Below are positions 11,801 to 20,800 of a stretch of DNA of 64,000 nucleotides, in pieces. This stretch comes from an uncultured delta proteobacterium (GTDB taxonomy: Bacteria > Myxococcota > Kuafuiibacteriia > Kuafuiibacteriales > Kuafuiibacteriaceae), in the NCBI GenBank assembly GCA_963803435.1, contig CAWDML010000007.1, forward strand, positions 416,001 to 480,000, written 5' to 3'. Each line of letters begins with the position of its first letter. Within the stretch, counting starts at the first letter, position 1. The position numbers and the translations under genes were made by a program. Below the pieces are notes generated by a model that saw only the letters and a list, made by a program, of their open reading frames with translations, was not told the origin of the DNA and ran no database searches.

Positions 11801-12893
11801 AGTCGTATCCGCTCGCGCACAGCCCTGTCGGGTTGGTGGCCGAGCACAGCAGCATGTCGTCGCGGCAGATGCCGTCGAGGCACGTCTGATTCGCGCCGCA
11901 GCTCTGGCAGCCGGGGTTGAAGGGCTCGCAGGTGCCGCCCTGGCAGGTCTCGCCGTCGGGGCACAGGCCGGTCTGGTTGGTGGAGGAGCAGAGGAGCGCC
12001 GGATCGGTGCACGTCCCTTCGAGACAGGTGTCGCCGCCGGCGCAGAGCCCGGTCGGGTTGGAGGCGGAGCAGACCATGCTCTGGTCGAGGCAGGTGCCGT
12101 CGAGGCACGCCATGCCGGTGGCGCACGCGCCCGTCGGGTTGCTCTGGGAGCAGAGCCCCGCCGCGTCGATGCAGGCGCCGTTTAGACAGCTCTGTCCCGT
12201 GGGACAGAGACCCGCCGGCTGGCCGGAGCTGCACAGGAGATTGTCCGCCGTGCAGGTGCCGTCGAGACACGTCTTGCCGGTGGCGCAGGCGCCCGCGGGG
12301 TTCGACGGGCTGCAGAGGTCGGCGTTGTCGATGCAGGTCCCGTCGATGCAGACCTGCATGGCGGGACAGAACCCGAGCGGGTCGGCGGCCGAGCAGGGGT
12401 TGTCGGTGGCGCACGTCCCTTCGTGACAGGTCAGCGGCATGGCGCAGAGGCCGTTGAGGTTGCTGGCGCTGCACAGCTCCGCGATCGGATGGCAGCCGCC
12501 GTCGACGCACGATTGGTTGGTGTCGGCGCACAACCCGGTCGGGTTGGCGGAGGAGCGAATCAGACCGTTGTCAATGCACTGCCCGCCGCGGCACGTCGTG
12601 TTCCCGTCGCAGGTGCCGTTGGGATGGGCGCTGCTGCAGGCCATGTCGGGATCCATGCAGGTGCCGCCGACGCAGGACTGGGCCGGGTTCGCGCACAGCC
12701 CGTTGGGGTTCGAGGCGCTGCACAGGAGGCTGTCGTCGACGCACTGCCCGGCGCGGCACGTCTGACCGGTCTGGCAGGTGCCGGTGGGACGGCTGGCACT
12801 GCAGGCGTCACCGCCCGGAGGCGCGTCGCGGCCCGAACAGCCGGCCATCACGAGGACGGCGAGTGAGGCGAGGAGAGGGTGAGCGTTTTTCAC
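8874..12893 (-). CDS. Large lipoprotein: ~14 Cys-rich repeats, Ig-like and chitobiase/FN3-associated domain, two Kelch propellers
   Basis: GTG start at 12893, LVMAGC lipobox; CSxxNPxGxC repeats; TVYYTTDGADP...TLRFRALD; about 12 Kelch repeats (LYVVGG, IYVFGG, IYLFGG). Confidence 0.85.
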   Translation of the reverse strand: MKNAHPLLASLAVLVMAGCSGRDAPPGGDACSASRPTGTCQTGQTCRAGQCVDDSLLCSASNPNGLCANPAQSCVGGTCMDPDMACSSAHPNGTCDGNTTCRGGQCIDNGLIRSSANPTGLCADTNQSCVDGGCHPIAELCSASNLNGLCAMPLTCHEGTCATDNPCSAADPLGFCPAMQVCIDGTCIDNADLCSPSNPAGACATGKTCLDGTCTADNLLCSSGQPAGLCPTGQSCLNGACIDAAGLCSQSNPTGACATGMACLDGTCLDQSMVCSASNPTGLCAGGDTCLEGTCTDPALLCSSTNQTGLCPDGETCQGGTCEPFNPGCQSCGANQTCLDGICRDDMLLCSATNPTGLCASGYDCIAGTCISAGVECSTNNTTGVCDPGYICNNGTCEIIDDTVLCDDANPCTLDAFDFARNRCSHTAQAGSCTDGNACTNDACVAGACVGTPIGGCIEPPGIDPYVTPTNVGMLTLTGTKPSGASIEINGLEAVSQNPDATWSVVLNLTPGVNVFVIRSVDQAQSSATVEVRIVYDITPPTTSLTPAGGVFLNGITVQVATNEPATVYYTTDGADPDEYSPSFESVKSFRIFDDTTLRFRALDEAGNWEPNPVNATYEITSEGNRWQAGTTLSDPVIQPAAVRLGGSLYVVGGSDGTAPQAGAYRYDYLDNAWTTLPSLVQARAQAAMASDGRYIYIVGGENNGTPTNLIERLEPGVSAGWEARAPMPTTRFGLAAVSHNGEIYVFGGKTNGGSVLTNVEVFSPASNSWTNQVAQMPRARHGFGAVEVAGRIYLVGGEDAAGTPISAVDVYDPADDSWTTAAPLPTPRSFAAITGLSNAGAVSGGYSGIVVAGGRLLGGAATAVVEEYIVEDDAWRERRPLDAPRYSGAAVTIERPGTVDTVEAEAWFIGGQLPSGITDTAIYFTQSQDYVRTLAPAPAARFMHAAAALNGRIYLFGGRNFQEELSAWAFDPETETYAPLPDLPSYQNGLKAAAVGDYVYAIGGANNFGNAVANMRAYDPVTNAWLERTPMTSARRDPAVTLVGTDIYVVGGYNNGALQTVEIYSTTDDVWRTGPVLPAARTGAAAVAHHGEVWVLGGRDAADQPISNALVLRNNAWVAVSQAAIPAAYSSAFLIHNQQIGVFAGRDGASLTSRVWSFGIDSSTLLNEIAAPQRLVRPFDRSASAYLNGKIYLFGGNATDAVGPEGETVVQKIQGHCYNGIMDARESVEADINGGCGARGYEHSTGTGIIFFNDRPSNPSSVQGAIDACNVHYGVTNCAQACGGSYTDVNIGGSCTCGSASHRWSFGSNSAFSDINAAAGVLFNGNGSCSTAAIGNWY
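11700..12810 (-). repeat. Intragenic tandem ~27-aa four-Cys repeat (~14 degenerate copies)
   Basis: Consensus CSxxNPxGxCxxGxxCxxGxCxDxxLL read directly from the translation. Confidence 0.85.
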
Positions 12894-12986
12894 GGGAGTC
12901 GCCCCGAGTAGTACGCCGCCGGCGAAGATCTCTTCCTCCCGTTGGTCCGTCGACAGCCTACGAGCGTTTTGGTAACCCAGGCGTCC

Positions 12987-13325
12987 ATGATCGTCGCCTG
13001 CCCCCATTGCAAAGCGGCCGTGTTCCCCAAGCCGGATCAGAGCTGTCCGAGCTGCGGAGGCTCGACCACCGGTGGTGTGGAGCCAGCGCGGGTGGGCCAG
13101 GCCGAGGCGATCCTGCGGGCGCGGGAGCTCGAGGAGATGGAGCGGTCCCGAAATCGCGGAGGCGCGGGCAGCCGCCGGCTGCTCGGCATCACGCTGATCG
13201 CCGCAGGCTTGCTGTCCAGCATCTGGTCGCTGGCCACTGCCGCTCACGGCGGAACGTACATCGTGTGGACCGGCGCGATCGTCGTGGGAACGCGGCTCAT
13301 CCTCCGGGGCTCATCCGAGCGGTGA
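12987..13325 (+). CDS. Small zinc-ribbon membrane protein
   Basis: MIVACPHC...CPSC (two CxxC), then two TM helices flanking GGTYIVWTGAIVVG. Confidence 0.65.
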   Translation: MIVACPHCKAAVFPKPDQSCPSCGGSTTGGVEPARVGQAEAILRARELEEMERSRNRGGAGSRRLLGITLIAAGLLSSIWSLATAAHGGTYIVWTGAIVVGTRLILRGSSER

Positions 13326-13505
13326 CGGCCGGACCTGGCCGGACCACCCGGCCAGCACGCGGTCCGCCATGTCGGCGTCGTCGGAGATGAGACCGTCTGC
13401 GCCGCACTCGGCGAGGCGGCGGGGAGGAGCAGCCCGTTCGTCCAGATCGCTCTTTGGGAGCTCACGGTCCAGAGCCTCATGCGTTCGCCTCGTTATCGCC
13501 GTCAC
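13311..13505 (-). pseudogene. Possible remnant of a glycerophosphodiester phosphodiesterase C-terminus
   Basis: RRLAECGADGLISDD resembles the GDPD GxDGIITD motif; a WTV motif lies just upstream in another frame. Confidence 0.3.
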
Positions 13506-13547
13506 CTCCGCATCGTGTTGTCGATCATCGTCCGAGTGGACGCGCAG

Positions 13548-14967
13548 TCACGCTCGATCGACCGATCCGTAGGTGACGCCGTCCGCCCAGCACGCGTGAA
13601 AGCCGAGCGGGATCCGGTGAGGTGCTTCGAGGACCGCGACCGGCTTCGGGTCCATGGTCTCGGCGTCGTAGAGGACGATCTCGGAGCGAGACACCCGCTC
13701 GTCGTGGACAAAGGAGACGAGATAACCGTCGTCCTCGCGGCAGGCGCCGATGCGCGGGGCGAACGGAGACTCGCTGCCGAAACGGCCCTCGCCGAACGAG
13801 ACCTGCCGGGAGGCGCCGGTCTCGAGATCGTACTTGACGATCCCGTCGAAGCGCAGGGTCGGCGTCTTCGCGAGGCTCATGTGATAGCTGTAGCGGCCGC
13901 GCCGGCCGACGTGCGCTTGGTTGACGGAAGGGAACTCGCAGTTGCGATCGTCGAGACGTCGCTCGCGGGTCTCGCCGGTGGACAGATCGAAGCGCCACTC
14001 GTGGAGTGTCGCCGACACCCTCAGGTTGGCCATCATGCGCGCCCACTCGCCGTCGCGCGGATCCGGATCGGGGATCGGATCGTCGACACGGCAAGCGACC
14101 ATCACCACCTGGTCGCCCTCCTCCCAGCAGTGCACGGAGTGGTAGATGTAGCAGGGCTCGGCGGTGAACCAGCGTACCGACTCGCTCGACCCGCGACGCG
14201 GGATCACCGCGAACCGAGCCGGCTGATCGCGGACGAAGTCGACCAACCACCGTCGCTCCGCCAGCGCTTCCGGACGGAACACGATGGGCAGGTCCATCAG
14301 CACGGCATGCCGCTCGCTGGCAGCCATGTCGTGCGGCAGGCGCGGTCCCGGAAGTGGCACGTCGATCCGATGCGCGAGCTGGCCGCCGGCGTCGACCTCG
14401 CCGTACCGCATGAACGGCGGCGTCGGCCCGTACTCGAAGAAGAGGAGCTCGCCGTTGGGTGTCGGGCTTGGCGTGCGCGGAGATGCGCGCCGGGCGCTCG
14501 CGCCCGAACGCGTCTGGACCGATGGTCTCGAGGCTCGAGGCGTCGATGCGGTAGGGCACGCCGGCGATGTACCAGAGCGCCAGCAGGGAACCGTTGTGGA
14601 AGAGGACGTCGGTGTTGGCGGTGTCCTTGTAGGGCTGCGCCTGCCGGGTTGTCGCGCGTCGACTCGAGCAGGCCGCTCCACAGGCTGCGCTCCGCCAGCG
14701 CCTCGCGCTCGCCAGGCCTCGGTGCGCACCCAGCGGTTGCGATAGCGGGCGCGCGCCGTCCTCGAGATAGAGGGCGTGCAACATGCCGTCGCCGTCGAAC
14801 CAGTGATATCGACCGCGCGGTTGATGGCGCGGGTTGGGCCCGTTGCGAACGTACGCTCCGGCGAGATCGCGGGGCAGGGCGCCGTCGAGCACGCGCAGCG
14901 GCGCAGCGTCGAGCTCCTCGGCGATCGGAGCAAAGCTCCCGATGAGGTACGGGCTGGGAGACATCAT
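13548..14967 (-). CDS. Carotenoid oxygenase family (RPE65/LSD-like) dioxygenase with ~4 frameshifts
   Basis: YVRNGPNP, HWFDGDGMLH, YRNRWVRT, TANT, SAHAK, PHDMA, YIYH, EFPSVN, SESPFAPR, EDDGYL, RIPLGFHACW. All four Fe-ligand His are present but spread over three frames between ~14450 and ~14760. Confidence 0.88.
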
Positions 14968-15081
14968 TGTGGGCGATTCTGGCACAACACGCCGAGGATG
15001 CGTCCTCTGTGAGCATACGAAGGGAGAGGGGGCCGCTTCATCATCCGGTCACCGTCGTACGACTCAGTCTGTGGAGGTCAA

Positions 15082-15894
15082 ATGCTCAAGGCTCGATTTC
15101 TGCTGATTCTCGCTACGTGCTTCGGCTTCGGAGCGATCCTGACGCCGGCATGCCGATCCCAGAACGACACCGGGTCACGGAGCGTCCAAGGCGCCCTGAA
15201 CACCGCCCAGTTCTCGCTCAGAGACGCGCAGGTGATCGCGGTGGCGACCAGCGGCCACACGGTGCGGGCCCCGCTGGCAGCCGATGGTAGCTTCCAGGTC
15301 ACGCTCGTCGTCGGCGAGCGTTATCAGCTCCGGTTCGCGAACTCGACCTCCACCGACGGCATCTATGACGCGTTCGCGGTGCTCGCCCTTCAGGGCGGAC
15401 AGCGCCACGTCTTCGACGTCGTGGCGGGTCCTCCGGTGGAGCTGGGCCGCGTGGGGTTGCTCGGTACCGTGCGGACCACGAAGACCCTGACGGCCGCGAC
15501 CAGCGGAGGCAACGACGACGACGCGGACGACGATGAGATGGACGACAACGACGACGGCGATGACCAAGACGGCCAGCACGATGACGACGTGGACCAGGTC
15601 TGCGATCTGTCGGGCGGCGCCGACATGGCCGACGTCGAGGCCGAGAACGATCCGACCGGAGAGATCTGCGACTGCGAGGACGGCGACGCGCTCCGCACGC
15701 GCTCCTCCGACGACGATGACGGCGATGACGACGACATGACCGACAGCTCGACGGTCTCGGACGACGACGACGACATGGCCTCGGATCACGACTCGAATGA
15801 CGACGCCGATGACGACGACATCGACCAACCGTGCGACCAGGGCCCCCAGAACGGTGAAGGTGGCGACACCACGCCGGTGCCCGGCGGCGTCTGA
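15082..15894 (+). CDS. Lipoprotein with very Asp-rich C-terminal region
   Basis: GGAGG RBS; LTPAC lipobox; poly-Asp tracts at ~15510-15830. Confidence 0.75.
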   Translation: MLKARFLLILATCFGFGAILTPACRSQNDTGSRSVQGALNTAQFSLRDAQVIAVATSGHTVRAPLAADGSFQVTLVVGERYQLRFANSTSTDGIYDAFAVLALQGGQRHVFDVVAGPPVELGRVGLLGTVRTTKTLTAATSGGNDDDADDDEMDDNDDGDDQDGQHDDDVDQVCDLSGGADMADVEAENDPTGEICDCEDGDALRTRSSDDDDGDDDDMTDSSTVSDDDDDMASDHDSNDDADDDDIDQPCDQGPQNGEGGDTTPVPGGV

Positions 15895-15900
15895 GCACCG

Positions 15901-17469
15901 TCACGGGCAGGCAAAGAGGCTGGGAGTGGCGGTACCCGTGCCGGTCGGGAGACCGTTGCCCAGCTCGCCATAGCCGTTCGCGCCGAAGCAGACGATCGCA
16001 CCTTCGACCGTGGTCGCACAGGTATGGCGCCGGCCGCCGGCGACGTCCAGGACCGGTCCGATCCCCTGCGGTACGACGGGGGCGGGGATGGGCGGACCGG
16101 TGACACGCTGGCCGAGCTGGCCCTCCTCGTCGTTACCCCAGCAATGGAGCGTACCTTCACGATCGATGGCGCAGCTGTGGTCGTCCATGGAGCTGATGGC
16201 GACGATCGGATCGCCTGCGCCCCCGATGTTGACCACCTGGGCCGGCACGGGTTGCGCGCCGCCGGTGAAGTTGCGTCCAAGCTGGCCGCTCGCGTTTCGT
16301 CCCCAGCACCAGACCGTGCCGTCGTCGCGAAGACCGCACGTGTGCCAGTCTCCCGCGGCCACGTCGACGACGTGATCGATCGTCACCACCTGCGTCGGCG
16401 TGGGCGTGCTGGTGGACGTCATGCCGACGCCGAGCTGGCCGTCCCCGTTCAACCCCCAGCACCAGACGAAGCCGTCGACGATGGCACAGGTGTGGAAGCC
16501 GCCGCTGGTCAAATCGCTGACGTGGCCGGACGGAAGGCCCGCCACCCGCGTCGGCAGCTGAACGTCCGGGCGCGGCGCCGGACCGGGCAGCCCCACCTGC
16601 TGGTCCTGATCTCTTCCCCAGCACCAGACCTGATCCCCCGCGGTGCGTGCACACGAGTGGTAGCCGCCGAGCGCGAGCTGCACGATGTCTTCTGGAGCTC
16701 CGGCGCGCGACAGGGGTGAGGGGACGTCGCCGGTGACAGCCTCTCCGAGGCCGAGCTCTCCGTCCGCGTTCGAGCCCCAACAGAAGAGATCGTTCGCCAC
16801 GGTCGCACAGGCGTGGAAGGCGCCGCAGGAGATAGTGCGCGCGGCATCGGGCAACCCGACCTGCACGGGGATCCGCCGAACGCCGCCGGCCAGACCGTCG
16901 CCGATCTGACCGTGGTCGTTGCGTCCGGCGCAGAAGACCGCGCCCGAGGCCGTGCGAGCGCAGGTCTCGAACTCGTTCGACGTGAGCTCGGCGAAGCAGA
17001 TGCACCGATCACCCCGGCAGGTGAGCCCGTCCTGGCAGCTCGCCGCAGCACAGCACGGATCTCCGGCACCTCCGCAGGCAGGGGCGGCGTCGGGCAAGCC
17101 GGTGTCGTTCGGCCCTGCGTCCTCGACCTCGCCGGAATCCGGGCCGCCGTCCTTCATCGTCACCGCGCCCGAGTCGACCGCGCCGGCATCGCCCGACGGA
17201 GCTGGCCCGCAGCGTCCCTCCACGCAGACCAGCTCGTCATCGCACACCGGCTGGTAGCTTCGACACACACCGCCGTTCTCACCCGAGCCGTCGTCCTCGA
17301 CACACACGTTCTGGACGCATCGAAAGCCTTCCGCGCAGAGCCCGGCGGAGTCGCAGCGCTTCCGGCTCGAATCGACCTCAAAGCTGCAGCCGAAGAGCCA
17401 TAGAGCGAGCGCGAGCCCGACCGGTAGACGGCGCACAATCGGGGTCGAGCCTAGCATCATGGTCTCCAT
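15901..17469 (-). CDS. RCC1-repeat lipoprotein
   Basis: LFGC lipobox, Cys-rich N-terminus, repeated HxC...V(F/W)CWGxNxxGQLG. Confidence 0.9.
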   Translation of the reverse strand: METMMLGSTPIVRRLPVGLALALWLFGCSFEVDSSRKRCDSAGLCAEGFRCVQNVCVEDDGSGENGGVCRSYQPVCDDELVCVEGRCGPAPSGDAGAVDSGAVTMKDGGPDSGEVEDAGPNDTGLPDAAPACGGAGDPCCAAASCQDGLTCRGDRCICFAELTSNEFETCARTASGAVFCAGRNDHGQIGDGLAGGVRRIPVQVGLPDAARTISCGAFHACATVANDLFCWGSNADGELGLGEAVTGDVPSPLSRAGAPEDIVQLALGGYHSCARTAGDQVWCWGRDQDQQVGLPGPAPRPDVQLPTRVAGLPSGHVSDLTSGGFHTCAIVDGFVWCWGLNGDGQLGVGMTSTSTPTPTQVVTIDHVVDVAAGDWHTCGLRDDGTVWCWGRNASGQLGRNFTGGAQPVPAQVVNIGGAGDPIVAISSMDDHSCAIDREGTLHCWGNDEEGQLGQRVTGPPIPAPVVPQGIGPVLDVAGGRRHTCATTVEGAIVCFGANGYGELGNGLPTGTGTATPSLFACP

Positions 17470-17474
17470 ACACG

Positions 17475-18881
17475 TCAGTCCGACGGCAGCGGCGACCAGT
17501 CGTCCAACGCGCGATAGGGTTCGAGCTTGTTCGCGCGTCGACGGTGCCGGATCTTCTTCGGTGGGTTGACCTCCCGCTCGGGCGCCGATGCAGCGACCTT
17601 CCTGTCGGCGACCACGGACGAGGTGACAGGCAGCGGCACCGGGGCGAGCTCGAGCGCGTTGGCCGCCACCGCCGGCGTTTCGTCGCCTTCATCATCCGGG
17701 CGAAGCCCGAGCACCACGGCGGCCGCCGCAGTGAGGAGGACTGCCAGCACGAGGAGCGGCAGCCGAACGCGAGGCTTCGGACCCGGCGTCGGCGCCGCCT
17801 CGTCGATCGCCTCGACGAACGAGAGCGTTCGGGGCAGGTGCGCGGGAAGAGCCTGCTCGGGGAGGGCGAGCGTCTCCTCGACGGTCGGCAGATCGTCCAC
17901 CTCGGGCTCGGTCATCCCTACCGGATCGACGGCGGCGCCATCCGAGAGGCGCTGGAGAAGGACGCGCTTCTCATGGATGCGATCGGCGAAGAGCGCCTGC
18001 ATCACCTCTTTCAGCACGCGGCTCGGGTCGCGATGCGAAATCATTCGACTGCACTCGAGCAGCGCCGACTGCATCTCGACGGCCGTCTCGAAGCGATCCT
18101 CGGGGCGCCGGGCGAGCGATCGCAGACAGACGCGCTCGAGCACCTCGGGATAGCCTCGAACCAGCTTCGTCGGTGGGACGATGGGGTCCTGGAGCAGCGC
18201 GAAGAGCGTCTGCGACTCGGTCTTCCGCCGAAACAGACGGCGCCGCGTCGTGAGCTCGTACAGAACGATCCCGAGCGAGAACAGGTCCGACCGAGCATCG
18301 AGCGCCGAACCCATCGCCTGCTCGGGGGACATGTATGCGCATTTGCCGCGAACGTGGCCTGGCTCGGTCAGGGCCCTGCGGTCCGCGTCGAGCGCGATCC
18401 CGAAGTCGATGATCTTGACGTTGCCGTCGTACGTGACGAACAGGTTGGCCGGACTGATGTCCCGATGGATCACGGGCCGCTCGTGAGCCGCAGCGAGCCC
18501 TGCGCAGGCCTCCGCGATGATGTGGACCGCACATTCGAAGTCGAGCCGCTCTTGGCGGGCGACGAGCCGGCGGAGCAGCCCGTCCAGGCTCTCCCCTTCG
18601 AGATACTCGAGGACCAGGAAGAGCTCTTCGTCCCACTCGGCGAGCTCGAACACCTGAACGATGTTGCGATGATTCAGCTGGGCAACAATCCGCGCCTCCT
18701 CGAGGAACATGGAGCGAAACCGCTCCTCGCGTGCGAGATGAGGAAGGATCCGCTTGATGACCACGGGACGCGCGAATCCGGCGGCACCGATGAGCCGGGC
18801 CAGCAGCACCTCCGCCATGCCCCCGGTGCCGATCAACCCGAGCACCTCATACCGGCCGAGCTGCTCGATCAGCGGTGTCAT
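17475..18881 (-). CDS. Membrane-anchored Ser/Thr protein kinase
   Basis: IGTGGMAEV, VVIKRILP, HRDISPAN, DFG, GKCAYMSPEQ, TM helix; TATAAT upstream of ATG 18881. Confidence 0.92.
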   Translation of the reverse strand: MTPLIEQLGRYEVLGLIGTGGMAEVLLARLIGAAGFARPVVIKRILPHLAREERFRSMFLEEARIVAQLNHRNIVQVFELAEWDEELFLVLEYLEGESLDGLLRRLVARQERLDFECAVHIIAEACAGLAAAHERPVIHRDISPANLFVTYDGNVKIIDFGIALDADRRALTEPGHVRGKCAYMSPEQAMGSALDARSDLFSLGIVLYELTTRRRLFRRKTESQTLFALLQDPIVPPTKLVRGYPEVLERVCLRSLARRPEDRFETAVEMQSALLECSRMISHRDPSRVLKEVMQALFADRIHEKRVLLQRLSDGAAVDPVGMTEPEVDDLPTVEETLALPEQALPAHLPRTLSFVEAIDEAAPTPGPKPRVRLPLLVLAVLLTAAAAVVLGLRPDDEGDETPAVAANALELAPVPLPVTSSVVADRKVAASAPEREVNPPKKIRHRRRANKLEPYRALDDWSPLPSD

Positions 18882-18953
18882 CGAACCTGCGCCATTATAC
18901 TCGTGCCCAGACAGGACAGCAGTAGGCGCAGGTGATACCGTGCCTCCACGGCC

Positions 18954-19763
18954 ATGCAAGGGCTGACCGGACTTGCGCTGATGACGACACTCGCCCTCAT
19001 CGGCGCAAAACCCAACGACGACAAAGCGCAGGCTCGAGCGCTCGCGAGGAAAGGCGAAGCGAGCTACCGGGCCGGTCGGCTCGAAGAGGCGGCGCAGGCG
19101 CTCGAGCAGGCGTATGCGCTCGATCCCGCTCCGGTGCTGCTCTTGAACCTTGCCCGCGTGCTCGACAGCGCCGGTCAGCTCGACGCGGCGCTCGCGCGCT
19201 ATCGCGAATACCTCGAGCTCGCGCCGCAGCCCCGAGATCGACCGCTGATCGAGCGCCGCATCGAGACGATCGAACGGCTGGTGGCGGAGCGCGCCCCGCC
19301 TCCGCCCCCCGACGCGACAGCGACGCCGCCCCCACCGCCCGCGCCGGTCCCGTCTGCACCGCCGCCGTCACCACCGCCACCGATCGTCAAGGTCGAAGCT
19401 CCGGCGCCCGAGAGCGGTCCTTTGATCGCGCCCTGGGTGCTGGTCGGGGCGGGAGGAGCAGGGCTGGTCTCCGGCGTCGTGTTCGCCGTGCTCACCGCCG
19501 AGAAGCACCGCCAGGTCGACGAGGAGCCGGTGCAGTCGGAAGCGGCGAGGTTGGCCTCGACGGGCCGAACCTACGCCACCGTGCGTACTGTATCGTTCGC
19601 GGTCGGAGGATCGCTGCTGGCGGGTGGTCTTCTCTGGGCGTTCCTCGGAGGGCGTGGTGAGCCCGACGTCGCGCTCGCGGTCGGTCCCAAGAGCGTGACG
19701 CTCGCGTTCACTACGGATGCGTGGTGCGTCGCGACGACGGCGGACGCCCGTCACGGGAAGTAG
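18954..19763 (+). CDS. Exported tetratricopeptide-repeat protein with Pro-rich linker and C-terminal hydrophobic segments
   Basis: Signal peptide; TPR-like GEASYRAGRLEEAAQALEQAYALDP...LLNLARV...ARYREYLELAP; typical myxobacterial architecture. Confidence 0.8.
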   Translation: MQGLTGLALMTTLALIGAKPNDDKAQARALARKGEASYRAGRLEEAAQALEQAYALDPAPVLLLNLARVLDSAGQLDAALARYREYLELAPQPRDRPLIERRIETIERLVAERAPPPPPDATATPPPPPAPVPSAPPPSPPPPIVKVEAPAPESGPLIAPWVLVGAGGAGLVSGVVFAVLTAEKHRQVDEEPVQSEAARLASTGRTYATVRTVSFAVGGSLLAGGLLWAFLGGRGEPDVALAVGPKSVTLAFTTDAWCVATTADARHGK

Positions 19764-20680
19764 TCGATCCTCCGGCAGGCCTCATCGAGGATCGAGTGCA
19801 GCTTCCTCCGGATGGTCCCGCGCATTCGAGCCGGGGTCCGCGAGTGCGGCGTGTGAAGCCATGCGCGCTTGACCACGTTCTCGTCGAGTCCCCAGCGCGA
19901 CGCGACCTCGTACAGCTCGACGGCTCGGCGGGCGCGCGCCCGACCGTCGCGCCGCGTGAGGAAACGATCCGTCACCGTCCAGAGGATCGCGCCGTCGAAC
20001 TGGTTCATGAAGAGAAACTGAGCCGGCAACAGGGGATCGAAGGACGCTCGCCACGACGCCAGGAACGCCGGGTCGCCGATCGGTGAGAGGTCGACGAAGC
20101 ACGCTTGCCGGAAGCCGGTCGAGGTCTCGACGAGCTGACTGACGAGGTCGTGCTCATGCATCTCGGTCAGGACGATCGCCTCGCGAGCACCGTGATGGGC
20201 GACGATCTCACCGGCCGCGCCGACCGCGAGCGGCGTGTGGAGGACCATCCCGGGATCGCAGAGGTAGCGTCGCCGGTCCAGGTCGACGCTCAGCGCGACG
20301 TGATTGGGCCGGAACGATGCGTTCGGACGATCGTCACCCGCGCGGCCGAAGTGCAGCCGCGGCGCGAAGCCATAGAGGAGGAGCAGCTCTCGCAGCGCGT
20401 AGGTGAGCCCGTAGCAGGTGGCGCCACCGCCGAGCTCGAGGTGATCGCCGATCACCTGCTCGGGCAGGCGTGGGGTCGGCCCGCGCTCCACGATCGACAC
20501 CAGCTCGGTAGCGTTCTCGTACGGCAAGCCGGAGAAGCCGAGGACCACTCGGTGCAGGAGCGCCAGGTCGGCCTGGCCGCTGTCGATCGGCGGGAGTCGA
20601 TGACGCTTCAGGAAGGCGCTCCAGTACCAAGGGACCACGGTCTTCGGTGAAGGATCGGTGGCGATCGATGAGCTCGTCAT
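19751..20680 (-). CDS. Arylamine N-acetyltransferase family protein
   Basis: LPYEN; catalytic-triad motifs GGATCY (Cys), NHVAL (His), YLCDPG (Asp). Confidence 0.8.
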   Translation of the reverse strand: MTSSSIATDPSPKTVVPWYWSAFLKRHRLPPIDSGQADLALLHRVVLGFSGLPYENATELVSIVERGPTPRLPEQVIGDHLELGGGATCYGLTYALRELLLLYGFAPRLHFGRAGDDRPNASFRPNHVALSVDLDRRRYLCDPGMVLHTPLAVGAAGEIVAHHGAREAIVLTEMHEHDLVSQLVETSTGFRQACFVDLSPIGDPAFLASWRASFDPLLPAQFLFMNQFDGAILWTVTDRFLTRRDGRARARRAVELYEVASRWGLDENVVKRAWLHTPHSRTPARMRGTIRRKLHSILDEACRRIDYFP

Positions 20681-20800
20681 GGTCGACGCGTCGGTGCATG
20701 ACCGGATCCTCTGCGCCGACGTTGCGGGAACGCGGGCTCCGCCGGACGGCGCAGCGCCGAAGCGTCTCGTCTGTGGCTGCAGGGCGTACGGCAGATTCGA

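Noticed and set aside
12894-13247. N-terminal 118 aa of the 1457-aa ORF
   Set aside because: Overlaps the opposite-strand zinc-ribbon gene; the lipoprotein signal begins at GTG 12893.
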